A stretch of DNA of 64,000 nt, taken from the NCBI GenBank assembly GCA_032718475.1, contig JAUCBJ010000276.1, positions 39,485-103,484 on the forward strand. Direction: 5' to 3'. The translations under genes were made by a program, and so were the position numbers. How positions within the stretch are numbered: the stretch's first letter is position 1; every line of letters starts with the position of its first letter. Shown piece by piece: positions 43,701 through 54,699 of the stretch. Source of the stretch: Nemertoderma westbladi (lineage: Eukaryota > Animalia > Xenacoelomorpha). The notes under the pieces were generated by a model. The model did no database searches. It was not told where the DNA came from and saw only the letters and a program-made list of their open reading frames with translations.

Positions 43701-46700
43701 AGACAATATTATTGTGGTACCAGAGGTTCTTTGTAGATAATAGCCAGTCTAAGCAAACAGAGACAATATTATTGTTATACCAGAGGTTCTTTGTAGATAA
43801 TAGCCAGTCTAAGCAAACAGAGACAAAATTATTGTGGTACCAGAGGTTCTTTGTAGATAATAGCCAGTCTAAGCAAACAGAGAAAATATTATTGTGGCAC
43901 CAGAGGTTCTTTGTAAATAATAGCCGGTCTAAGCAAACAGAGACAATATTATTGTGGTACCAGAGGTTCTTTGTAAATAATAACCAGTCTAAGCAAACAG
44001 AGACAATATTATTGTGGTACCAGAGGTTCTTTGTAAATAATAACCAGTCTAAGCAAACAGAGACAATATTATTGTGGTACCAGATGTTCTTTGTAGATAA
44101 TAGACAGTCTAAGTAAACAGAGACAATATTATTGTGGTACCAGAGGTTCTTTGTAGATAATAGCCAGTCTAAGCAAACATAGACAATATTATTGTGGTAC
44201 ATGAGGTTCTTTGTAGAAAATAGACAGTCTAAGCAAACAGAGACAATATTATTGTGGTACCAGATGTTCTTTGTAGATAATAGACAGTCTAAGCAAACAG
44301 AGACAATATTATTGTGGTACCAGAGGTTCTTTGTAGATAATAGCCAGTCTAAGCAAACATAGACAATATTATTGTGGTACCAGATGTTCTTTGTAGATAA
44401 TTGCCAGTCTAAGCAAACACAGACAATATTATTGTGGTACCAGAGGTTCTTTGTAGATAATAGCCAGTCTAAGCAAACGGAGACAATATTATTGTGGTAC
44501 TAAAGGTTCTTTGTAGATAATAGCTAGTCTAAGCAAACAGAGACAATATTATTGTGGTACTAAAGGTTCTTTGTAGATAATAGCCAGTCTAAGCAAACAG
44601 AGACAATATTATTGTGGTACCAGAGGTTCTTTGTAGATAATAGCCAGTCTAAGCAAACAGAGACAATATTATTGTGGTACTAAAGGTTCTTTGTAGATAA
44701 TAGACAGTCTAAGCAAACAGAGACAATATTATTGTGGAACCAGATGTTCTTTGTAGATAATAGCCAGTCTAAGCAAACAGAGATAATATTATTGTGGAAC
44801 CAGAGGTTCTTTGCAAATAATAGCCAATCTAAGCAAACATAGACAATATTATTGTGGTACCAGATGTTCTTTGTAGATAATAGCCAGTCTAAGCAAACAG
44901 AGACAATATTATTGTGGTACCAGAGGTTCTTTGTAGATAATAACCGGTCTAAGCAAACAGAGACAATATTATTGTGGTACCAGAGGTTCTTTGTAGATAA
45001 TAACCGGTCTAAGCAAAGAGAGACAATATTATTGTGGTACCAGAGGTTCTTTGTAGATAATAGCCAGTCTAAGCAAACAGAGACAATATTATTGTGGTAC
45101 CAGAGGTTCTTTGTAGATAATAACCGGTCTAAGCAAACAGAGACAATATTATTGTGGTACCAGAGGTTCTTTGTAGATAATAACCGGTCTAAGCAAAGAG
45201 AGACAATATTATTGTGGTACCAGAGGTTCTTTGTAGATAATAGCCAGTCTAAGCAAACAGAGACAATATTATTGTGGTACCAGAGGTTCTTTGTAGATAA
45301 TAGCCAGTCTAAGCAAACAGAGACAATATTATTGTGGTACCAGAGGTTCTTTGTAGATAATAACCGGTCTAAGCAAAGAGAGACAATATTATTGTCGTAC
45401 CAGAGGTTCTTTGTAGATAATAGCCAGTCTAAGCAAACATAGACAATATTATTGTGGAACCAGAGGTTCTTTGCAAATAATAGCCAATCTAAGCAAACAT
45501 AGACAATATTATTGTGGTACCAGATGTTCTTTGTAGATAATAACCGGTCTAAGCAAAGAGAGACAATATTATTGTGGTACCAGAGGTTCTTTGTAGATAA
45601 TAACCGGTCTAAGCAAAGAGAGACAATATTATTGTCGTACCAGAGGTTCTTTGTAGATAATAACCGGTCTAAGCAAACAGAGACAATATTATTGTGGTAC
45701 CAGAGGTTCTTTGTAGATAATAACCGGTCTAAGCAAAGAGAGACAATATTATTGTCGTACCAGAGGTTCTTTGTAGATAATAGCCAGTCTAAGCAAACAT
45801 AGACAATATTATTGTGGAACCAGAGGTTCTTTGCAAATAATAGCCAATCTAAGCAAACATAGACAATATTATTGTGGTACCAGATGTTCTTTGTAGATAA
45901 TAGCCAGTCTAAGCAAACAGAGACAATATTATTGTGGTACCAGAGGTTCTTTGTAGATAATAGCCAGTCTAAGCAAACAGAGACAATATTATTGTCGTAC
46001 CAGAGGTTCTTTGTAGATAATAGCCAGTCTAAGCAAACAGAGACAATATTATTGTGGTACCAGAGGTTCTTTGTAGATAATAACCGGTCTAAGCAAAGAG
46101 AGACAATATTATTGTCGTACCAGAGGTTCTTTGTAGATAATAACCGGTCTAAGCAAAGAGAGACAATATTATTGTCGTACCAGAGGTTCTTTGTAGATAA
46201 TAACCGGTCTAAGCAAACAGAGACAATATTATTGTGGTACCAGAGGTTCTTTGTAGATAATAACCGGTCTAAGCAAACATAGACAATATTATTGTGGTAC
46301 CAGATGTTCTTTGTAGATAATAGCCAGTCTAAGCAAACAGAGACAATATTATTGTGGTACCAGAGGTTCTTTGTAGATAATAGCCAGTCTAAGCAAACAG
46401 AGACAATATTATTGTCGTACCAGAGGTTCTTTGTAGATAATAGCCAGTCTAAGCAAACAGAGACAATATTATTGTGGTACCAGAGGTTCTTTGTAGATAA
46501 TAACCGGTCTAAGCAAAGAGAGACAATATTATTGTGGTACCAGAGGTTCTTTGTAGATAATAACCGGTCTAAGCAAAGAGAGACAATATTATTGTCGTAC
46601 CAGAGGTTCTTTGTAGATAATAACCGGTCTAAGCAAACAGAGACAATATTATTGTGGTACCAGAGGTTCTTTGTAGATAATAACCGGTCTAAGCAAAGAG

Positions 46701-49161
46701 AGACAATATTATTGTCGTACCAGAGGTTCTTTGTAGATAATAGCCAGTCTAAGCAAACATAGACAATATTATTGTGGAACCAGAGGTTCTTTGCAAATAA
46801 TAGCCAATCTAAGCAAACATAGACAATATTATTGTGGTACCAGATGTTCTTTGTAGATAATAGCCAGTCTAAGCAAACAGAGACAATATTATTGTGGTAC
46901 CAGAGGTTCTTTGTAGATAATAGCCAGTCTAAGCAAACAGAGACAATATTATTGTCGTACCAGAGGTTCTTTGTAGATAATAGCCAGTCTAAGCAAACAT
47001 AGACAATATTATTGTGGTACCAGATGTTCTTTGTAGATAATAGCCAGTCTAAGCAAACAGAGACAATATTATTGTGGTACCAGAGGTTCTTTGTAGATAA
47101 TAGCCAGTCTAAGCAAACAGAGACAATATTATTGTCGTACCAGAGGTTCTTTGTAGATAATAGCCAGTCTAAGCAAACATAGACAATATTATTGTGGTAC
47201 CAGATGTTCTTTGTAGATAATAGCCAGTCTAAGCAAACAGAGACAATATTATTGTGGTACCAGAGGTTCTTTGTAGATAATAACCGGTCTAAGCAAAGAG
47301 AGACAATATTATTGTCGTACCAGAGGTTCTTTGTAGATAATAGCCAGTCTAAGCAAACAGAGACAATATTATTGTGGTACCAGAGGTTCTTTGTAGATAA
47401 TAACCGGTCTAAGCAAAGAGAGACAATATTATTGTCGTACCAGAGGTTCTTTGTAGATAATAACCGGTCTAAGCAAAGAGAGACAATATTATTGTCGTAC
47501 CAGAGGTTCTTTGTAGATAATAACCGGTCTAAGCAAACAGAGACAATATTATTGTGGTACCAGAGGTTCTTTGTAGATAATAACCGGTCTAAGCAAACAT
47601 AGACAATATTATTGTGGTACCAGATGTTCTTTGTAGATAATAGCCAGTCTAAGCAAACAGAGACAATATTATTGTGGTACCAGAGGTTCTTTGTAGATAA
47701 TAGCCAGTCTAAGCAAACAGAGACAATATTATTGTCGTACCAGAGGTTCTTTGTAGATAATAGCCAGTCTAAGCAAACAGAGACAATATTATTGTGGTAC
47801 CAGAGGTTCTTTGTAGATAATAACCGGTCTAAGCAAAGAGAGACAATATTATTGTGGTACCAGAGGTTCTTTGTAGATAATAACCGGTCTAAGCAAAGAG
47901 AGACAATATTATTGTCGTACCAGAGGTTCTTTGTAGATAATAACCGGTCTAAGCAAACAGAGACAATATTATTGTGGTACCAGAGGTTCTTTGTAGATAA
48001 TAACCGGTCTAAGCAAAGAGAGACAATATTATTGTCGTACCAGAGGTTCTTTGTAGATAATAGCCAGTCTAAGCAAACATAGACAATATTATTGTGGAAC
48101 CAGAGGTTCTTTGCAAATAATAGCCAATCTAAGCAAACATAGACAATATTATTGTGGTACCAGATGTTCTTTGTAGATAATAGCCAGTCTAAGCAAACAG
48201 AGACAATATTATTGTGGTACCAGAGGTTCTTTGTAGATAATAGCCAGTCTAAGCAAACAGAGACAATATTATTGTCGTACCAGAGGTTCTTTGTAGATAA
48301 TAGCCAGTCTAAGCAAACATAGACAATATTATTGTGGTACCAGATGTTCTTTGTAGATAATAGCCAGTCTAAGCAAACAGAGACAATATTATTGTGGTAC
48401 CAGAGGTTCTTTGTAGATAATAACCGGTCTAAGCAAAGAGAGACAATATTATTGTGGTACCAGATGTTCTTTGTAAATAATAGCCAGTCTAAGCAAACAG
48501 AGACAATATTATTGTGGTGCCAGAGGTTCTTTGTAGATAATAGCCAGTCTAAGCAAACAGAGACAATATTATTGTGGTACCAGAGGTTCTTTGCAAATAA
48601 TAGCAGTCTAAGCAAACAGAGACAATATTATTGTGGTACCAGAGGTTCTTTGTAGATAATAGCCAGTCTAAGCAAACAGAGACAATATTATTGTGGTACC
48701 AGAGGTTCTTTGTAGATAATAGACAGTCTAAGCAAACAGAGACAATATTATTGTGGTACCAGAGGTTCTTTGTAGATAATAGCCAGTCTAAGCAAACAGA
48801 GACAATATTATTGTGGTACCAGAGGTTCTTTGTAGATAATAGACAGTCTAAGCAAACAGAGACAATATTATTGTGGTACCAGATGTTCTTTGTAGATAAT
48901 AGCCAGTCTAAGCAAACAGAGATAATATTATTGTGGAACCAGAGGTTCTTTGCAGATAATAGCCAGTCTAAGCAAACGGAGATAATATTATTGTGGAACC
49001 AGAGGTTCTTTGTAGATAATAGCCAGTCTAAGCAAACAGAGACAATATTATTGTGGTACCAGATGTTCTTTGTAGATAATAGCCAGTCTAAGCAAACAGA
49101 GACAATATTATTGTGGTACCAGAGGTTCTTTGTAGATAATAGCCAGTCTAAGCAAACAGAG

Positions 49162-49221
49162 ACAATATTATTGTGGTACCAGAGGTTCTTTGTAGATAAT
49201 AGCCAGTCTAAGCAAACAGAG
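49162..49221 (+). CDS. Candidate exon A = terminal satellite monomer (60 nt TILLWYQRFFVDNSQSKQTE, or a 26-nt micro-exon 49196-49221)
   Basis: The array ends at GAG|gtaaga, a strong donor, in phase 0 of the only open + frame of the monomer. The last monomer is perfect consensus. An internal acceptor ttctttgtag| at 49194-49195 would give a 26-nt exon in the same frame. The true 5' end cannot be determined from this window. Confidence 0.55.
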
Positions 49222-49363
49222 GTAAGAGAGAAGGCAAACATTATTTCTTATCAACTATATTTCGAATATTACACATCGAATCGTTCGCAACATTTATATT
49301 CAATAACTAGATAAAAATTATATGATGTTAGACAACCACGACTTTAGAGGGATTGTAATATTA

Positions 49364-49687
49364 ATATTAAAACAATAAAATAGGACATATTTTTATAAAA
49401 TTTATTACTTAGACTTACCTTTTCGGCGGACAAAATGTCCTATATTTTTCGTAGTTTATGGGATAGCCTATTTCGTGCAATACTTACCGGAACCTGTAGT
49501 TACTGTATGGTTTGGTGTAATTTTTCTTGTGGTAGTTGGGTTGGGTTATGTAGCACTAAAATCTATTTGGTATTTTGTTTTTTGATGGGCCTTAGTGCCT
49601 GAGTACTAACAGTGGCCCAAGTGGCCCTAAATGCTAGGTAGTATCTGAGGGAATAAGACCCCATGTCCTATTTTATTGTTTTAATAT
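49364..49687. mobile_element. MITE / non-autonomous DNA transposon
   Basis: Perfect 25-bp inverted repeat ATATTAAAACAATAAAATAGGACAT (49364-49388) / ATGTCCTATTTTATTGTTTTAATAT (49663-49687) around about 275 bp of non-coding DNA. The ends are compatible with a TA or TTAA target site; the superfamily is not determined. Confidence 0.75.
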
Positions 49688-49810
49688 AGATAAAAATTTA
49701 TAAATAGTTGCGTTTACAATTTTCCAATACATGCATGTGTGATTCAAGACATTTGGTGGTTATACCTAAATAAATAAATATGTATACTAAATAGCGACGC
49801 TATATTCCAG

Positions 49811-49885
49811 GCAATGTTGTATTTACAAGGATGTAAATATTGGTTTAGCCCTATGCAACTCACAAACTCCACTATCAGCACTAAA
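49811..49885 (+). CDS. Candidate exon B (75 nt, phase 0-0): AMLYLQGCKYWFSPMQLTNSTISTK
   Basis: Acceptor tatattccag|G and donor AAA|gtaatc; open in phase 0 and in frame with exons A and C. Confidence 0.5.
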
Positions 49886-49959
49886 GTAATCAATTAATGT
49901 CGCTACTAATATTTACTAAGCAAATATGTTTTGTAACTCAAATAAACCGAAATGAAATA

Positions 49960-50683
49960 ATTCAGTTTATATGTCACTGCATTCAGTTTATATGTCACTG
50001 CATTCAGTGTATATGTCACTGCATTCAGTTTATATGTCACTGCATTCAGTTTATATGTCACTGCATTCAGTTTATATGTCACTGCATTCAGTTTATATGT
50101 CACTGCATTCAGTTTATATGTCACTGCATTCAGTTTATATGTCACTGCATTCAGTTTATATGTCACTGCATTCAGTTTATATGTCACTGCATTCAGTTTA
50201 TATGTCACTGCATTCAGTTTATATGTCACTGCATTCAGTTTATATGTCACTGCATTCAGTTTATGTCACTGCATTCAGTTTATATGTCACTGCATTCAGT
50301 TTATATGTCACTGCATTCAGTTTATATGTCACTGCATTCAGTTTATATGTCACTGCATTCAGTTTATATGTCACTGCATTCAGTTTATATGTCACTGCAT
50401 TCAGTTTATATGTCACTGCATTCAGTTTATATGTCACTGCATTCAGTTTATATGTCACTGCATTCAGTTTATATGTCACTGCATTCAGTTTATATGTCAC
50501 TGCATTCAGTTTATATGTCACTGCATTCAGTTTATATGTCACTGCATTCAGTTTATATGTCACTGCATTCAGTTTATATGTCACTGCGTTCAGTTTATAT
50601 GTCACTGCATTCAGTTTATATGTCACTGCATTCAGTTTATATGTCACTGCATTCAGTTTATATGTTACTGCGTTCAGTTTATA
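49960..50683. repeat. 21-bp minisatellite (TTCAGTTTATATGTCACTGCA), about 34 copies
   Basis: Near-perfect tandem copies with one 2-bp deletion near 50261. Confidence 0.98.
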
Positions 50684-50721
50684 CAATAATATTTATACCT
50701 TTATTATAATGCAGCAAGTTG

Positions 50722-53310
50722 CCAGCTGTATTTGTTGTCATTATCACCCAGCTGTTATTGTTGTCATTATCACCCAGCTGTATTTGTTGTCATTATCACC
50801 CAGCTGTATTTGTTGTCATTATCACCCAGCTGTATTTGTTGTCATTATCACCCAGCTGTATTTGTTATCATTATCACCCAGCTGTTATTGTTGTCATTAT
50901 CACCCAGCTGTATTTGTTGTCATTATCACCCAGCTGTATTTGTTGTCATTATCACCCAGCTGTATTTGTTGTCATTATCACCCGGCTGTATTTGTTGTCA
51001 TTATCACCCAGCTGTATTTGTTGTCATTATCACCCAGCTGTATTTGTTGTCATTATCACCCAGCTGTATTTGTTGTCATTATCACCCAGCTGTATTTGTT
51101 GTCATTATCACCCAGCTGTATTTGTTGTCATTATCACCCAGCTGTATTTGTTGTCATTATCACCCAGCTGTATTTGTTGTCATTATCACCCAGCTGTATT
51201 TGTTGTCATTATCACCCAGCTGTTATTGTTGTCATTATCACCCAGCTGTATTTGTTGTCATTATCACCCAGCTGTATTTGTTGTCATTATCACCCAGCTG
51301 TATTTGTTGTCATTATCACCCAGCTGTTATTGTTGTCATTATCACCCAGCTGTATTTGTTGTCATTATCACCCAGCTGTTATTGTTGTCATTATCACCCA
51401 GCTGTTATTGTTGTCATTATCACCCAGCTGTATTTGTTGTCATTATCACCCAGCTGTATTTGTTGTCATTATCACCCAGCTGTATTTGTTGTCATTTTCA
51501 CCCGGCTGTATTTGTTGTCATTATCACCCAGCTGTATTTGTTGTCATTATCACCCAGCTGTATTTGTTGTCATTATCACCCAGCTGTATTTGTTGTCATT
51601 ATCACCCAGCTGTATTTGTTGTCATTATCACCCAGCTGTATTTGTTGTCATTATCACCCAGCTGTATTTGTTGTCATTATCACCCAGCTGTATTTGTTGT
51701 CATTATCACCCAGCTGTATTTGTTGTCATTATCACCCAGCTGTATTTGTTGTCATTATCACCCAGCTGTATTTGTTGTCATTATCACCCAGCTGTATTTG
51801 TTGTCATTATCACCCAGCTGTATTTGTTGTCATTATCACCCAGCTGTATTTGTTGTCATTATCACCCAGCTGTATTTGTTGTCATTATCACCCAGCTGTA
51901 TTTGTTGTCATTATCACCCAGCTGTATTTGTTGTCATTATCACCCAGCTGTATTTGTTGTCATTATCACCCAGCTGTATTTGTTGTCATTATCACCCAGC
52001 TGTATTTGTTGTCATTATCACCCAGCTGTATTTGTTGTCATTATCACCCAGCTGTATTTGTTGTCGTTATCACCCAGCTGTATTTGTTGTCATTATCACC
52101 CAGCTGTATTTGTTGTCATTATCACCCAGCTGTATTTGTTGTCATTATCACCCAGCTGTATTTGTTGTCATTATCACCCAGCTGTATTTGTTGTCATTAT
52201 CACCCAGCTGTTATTGTTGTCATTATCACCCAGCTGTATTTGTTGTCATTATCACCCAGCTGTATTTGTTGTCATTATCACCCAGCTGTTATTGTTGTCA
52301 TTATCACCCAGCTGTATTTGTTGTCATTATCACCCAGCTGTTATTGTTGTCATTTTCACCCAGCTGTATTTGTTGTCATTATCACCCAGCTGTTATTGTT
52401 GTCATTATCACCCAGCTGTATTTGTTGTCATTATCACCCAGCTGTTATTGTTGTCATTATCACCCAGCTGTATTTGTTGTCATTATCACCCAGCTGTTAT
52501 TGTTGTCATTTTCACCCAGCTGTATTTGTTGTCATTATCACCCAGCTGTATTTGTTGTCATTATCACCCAGCTGTATTTGTTGTCATTATCACCCAGCTG
52601 TATTTGTTGTCATTATCACCCAGCTGTATTTGTTGTCATTATCACCCAGCTGTATTTGTTGTCATTATCACCCAGCTGTATTTGTTGTCATTATCACCCA
52701 GCTGTATTTGTTGTCATTATCACCCAGCTGTATTTGTTGTCATTATCACCCAGCTGTATTTGTTGTCATTATCACCCAGCTGTAATTGTTTTCATTATCA
52801 CCCAGCTGTATTTGTTGTCATTATCACCCAGCTGTATTTGTTGTCATTATCACCCAGCTGTATTTGTTGTCATTATCACCCAGCTGTTATTGTTGTCATT
52901 ATCACCCGGCTGTATTTGTTGTCATTATCACCCAGCTGTATTTGTTGTCATTATCACCCAGCTGTATTTGTTGTCATTATCACCCAGCTGTATTTGTTGT
53001 CATTATCACCCAGCTGTATTTGTTGTCATTATCACCCAGCTGTATTTGTTGTCATTATCACCCAGCTGTATTTGTTGTCATTATCACCCAGCTGTTATTG
53101 TTGTCATTATCACCCAGCTGTATTTGTTGTCATTATCACCCAGCTGTATTTGTTGTCATTATCACCCAGCTGTATTTGTTGTCATTATCACCCAGCTGTA
53201 TTTGTTGTCATTATCACCCAGTTTTATTTGTTGTCGTAATCACCCAGCTGTATTTGTTGTCATTATCACCCAGCTGTTATTGTTGTCATTATCACCTAGC
53301 TGTATTTGTT
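50722..53310. repeat. 26-bp minisatellite (CCAGCTGTATTTGTTGTCATTATCAC), about 100 copies
   Basis: Direct tandem copies with a recurrent TGTTATTG variant. The 26-aa periodicity of the three + ORFs equals 3 x 26 nt. Confidence 0.98.
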
Positions 53311-53548
53311 ATGTACATAAATATATGTTTACGAAGTTTATTGACTAAAAGATTTACAATTTTGTACATTAGTGGATGTAGACAATAATATACTATCAAT
53401 AAAATGCTTATTGAAGTACTGTTATTTAACTTTATGAAGTTATTGAATGTTATTTAACTTTCTATATTATTCAGTTGTAACCATTTAAATCATAATGATC
53501 TTAAAGTCTGTAAGAGGTTCCACATTCCTGGTCTACTTATATTTACAG

Positions 53549-53743
53549 AGTTCATATTTAGCATACGCCTGTGTAAGCGCCTACGAGTTATGGCTGTTTC
53601 AGAGAGCGATTCTAGTCAGCGAATCCAGCGAAACATTTGTTCCAATAAAGTTCCGCACTGGTTTTATTCTCCTATGTTTACGCGTTCCTTTGACAATGTG
53701 CACTGCCATAGCAACAATCCCTATGTTTATTGGCGTCGTTAAG
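53549..53743 (+). CDS. Exon C (195 nt, phase 0-0) of a multi-pass membrane protein
   Basis: Acceptor cttatatttacag| and perfect donor AAG|gtaagt bound a GC-richer island in AT-rich flanks. Translation SSYLAYACVSAYELWLFQRAILVSESSETFVPIKFRTGFILLCLRVPLTMCTAIATIPMFIGVVK has two hydrophobic stretches. The LA-x7-E spacing resembles class-B/adhesion GPCR TM3. Confidence 0.78.
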
Positions 53744-54083
53744 GTAAGTTGGGGTAGTTGTATATGCTTGGGGCAAGTTATAAACTCATATAATGAAAGT
53801 TTTATCATATGCGGTTAAATATATTGTACATTTTAACGCGAAAACGCCAAAATACTTATTACCGACCAAAATTTTCTGGCAATGAAATTTAGTATTCTTT
53901 TATAAAATCAGCCTCTAACTCTGTCTAATATCCAAATAAAAAACATTATTTAAATACCTTGCATAGGAGCCGAGGGTACTTTTGCAGTTACATTTTTCAA
54001 AATTATATAACATTTTATAACAATCCATTTCATAGATTATTTCATGTGTATATGTTCCCAAATCATCTTCTAAAAGTTTTCCA

Positions 54084-54327
54084 ATTAAAATATTATCAAA
54101 ATCTTATCATTAAAATATTATCAAAATCTTATCATTAAAATATTATCAAAATCTTATCATTAAAATATTATCAAAATCTTATCATTAAAATATTATCAAA
54201 ATCTTATCATTAAAATATTATCAAAATCTTATCATTAAAATATTATCAAAATCTTATCATTAAAATATTATCAAAATCTTATCATTAAAATATTATCAAA
54301 ATCTTATCATTAAAATATTATCAAAAT
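54084..54327. repeat. 25-bp AT-rich minisatellite (TAAAATATTATCAAAATCTTATCAT), about 10 copies
   Basis: Perfect tandem copies; the monomer consists of two 11-bp sub-repeats (AAAATATTATC, AAAATCTTATC) plus 3 nt. Confidence 0.95.
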
Positions 54328-54548
54328 TAGCTATTCAAAAAATTTTTGACTACTAATATTACTAATAATTTTATTTATATATTCATAGATACGTAAACAT
54401 TATTATTGTTAATAATTATTAACTAATTAATTTATTTGTTAATTATTTTGTTGAAATTAGCTATTTATAGCCAATGTTCTAGAACATGTATGAAAAGTCC
54501 AGTAGTATACCGCCTACTGGATCCTAGTAACGATGTATCTTACTGTAG

Positions 54549-54681
54549 AATCCAGCAGTGTATACGGGCTCGTACAGTATCTGCCAAGAAATCTCAGTCC
54601 AGGGTGTCTAAATAAACAGATACTAAGTACACAAACTACTACTGGCGAGGAACGGAGCCTGATGTCTATTCTAATACGTGG
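54549..54681 (+). other. Doubtful exon D (strong donor, frame problem)
   Basis: Donor TGG|gtgagt at 54681/54682; the phase-0 frame at the 3' end reads [19 protein letters not shown]. With acceptor ctgtag| (54548) the exon is 133 nt and the phase-0 frame hits TAA, so it needs a frameshift, a stop, or a weaker acceptor. Confidence 0.35.
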
Positions 54682-54699
54682 GTGAGTCAAATGTCCGGG

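Larger units (their letters stand above)
1..49221. repeat. 60-bp tandem satellite, about 785 monomers, open at the left edge of the window
   Basis: Consensus TCTAAGCAAACAGAGACAATATTATTGTGGTACCAGAGGTTCTTTGTAGATAATAGCCAG repeats head-to-tail in register with the 60-nt lines. Only point variants and a few small indels occur. It is interrupted at 11855-12088 and 32949-34795 and ends abruptly at ...CAAACAGAG (49221). Confidence 0.99.

Noticed and set aside
1-49221. CRISPR-like array or variable-cassette system
   Set aside because: Monomers are contiguous with no unique spacers, there are no cas genes, and the context is eukaryotic.
25-49314. Dozens of long repetitive ORFs on both strands, including a 1311-aa minus ORF at 44680-48615
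   Set aside because: They result from a 60-bp (3n) monomer with one open frame per strand. Stops and frameshifts accumulate freely along the array, so it is not a giant repeat-protein CDS; only the terminal unit is argued to be exonic.
50684-50760. Possible exon (tgcag|CAAG..., KLPAVFVVIITQ) seeding the 26-bp array
   Set aside because: No donor follows any CCCAG, the phase does not match exon B, and exon B already joins exon C in frame.
49897-53388. 1125-, 835- and 688-aa Cys/His-rich ORFs
   Set aside because: They are translations of the 21- and 26-bp minisatellites. The 26-mer has no stop in any + frame, so all three frames give the same permuted peptide.
54498-54527. Hairpin TCCAGTAG/CTACTGGA followed by CTAG|T as a Helitron 3' end
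   Set aside because: The hairpin-to-CTAG spacing is much shorter than typical and no matching 5' end could be identified.
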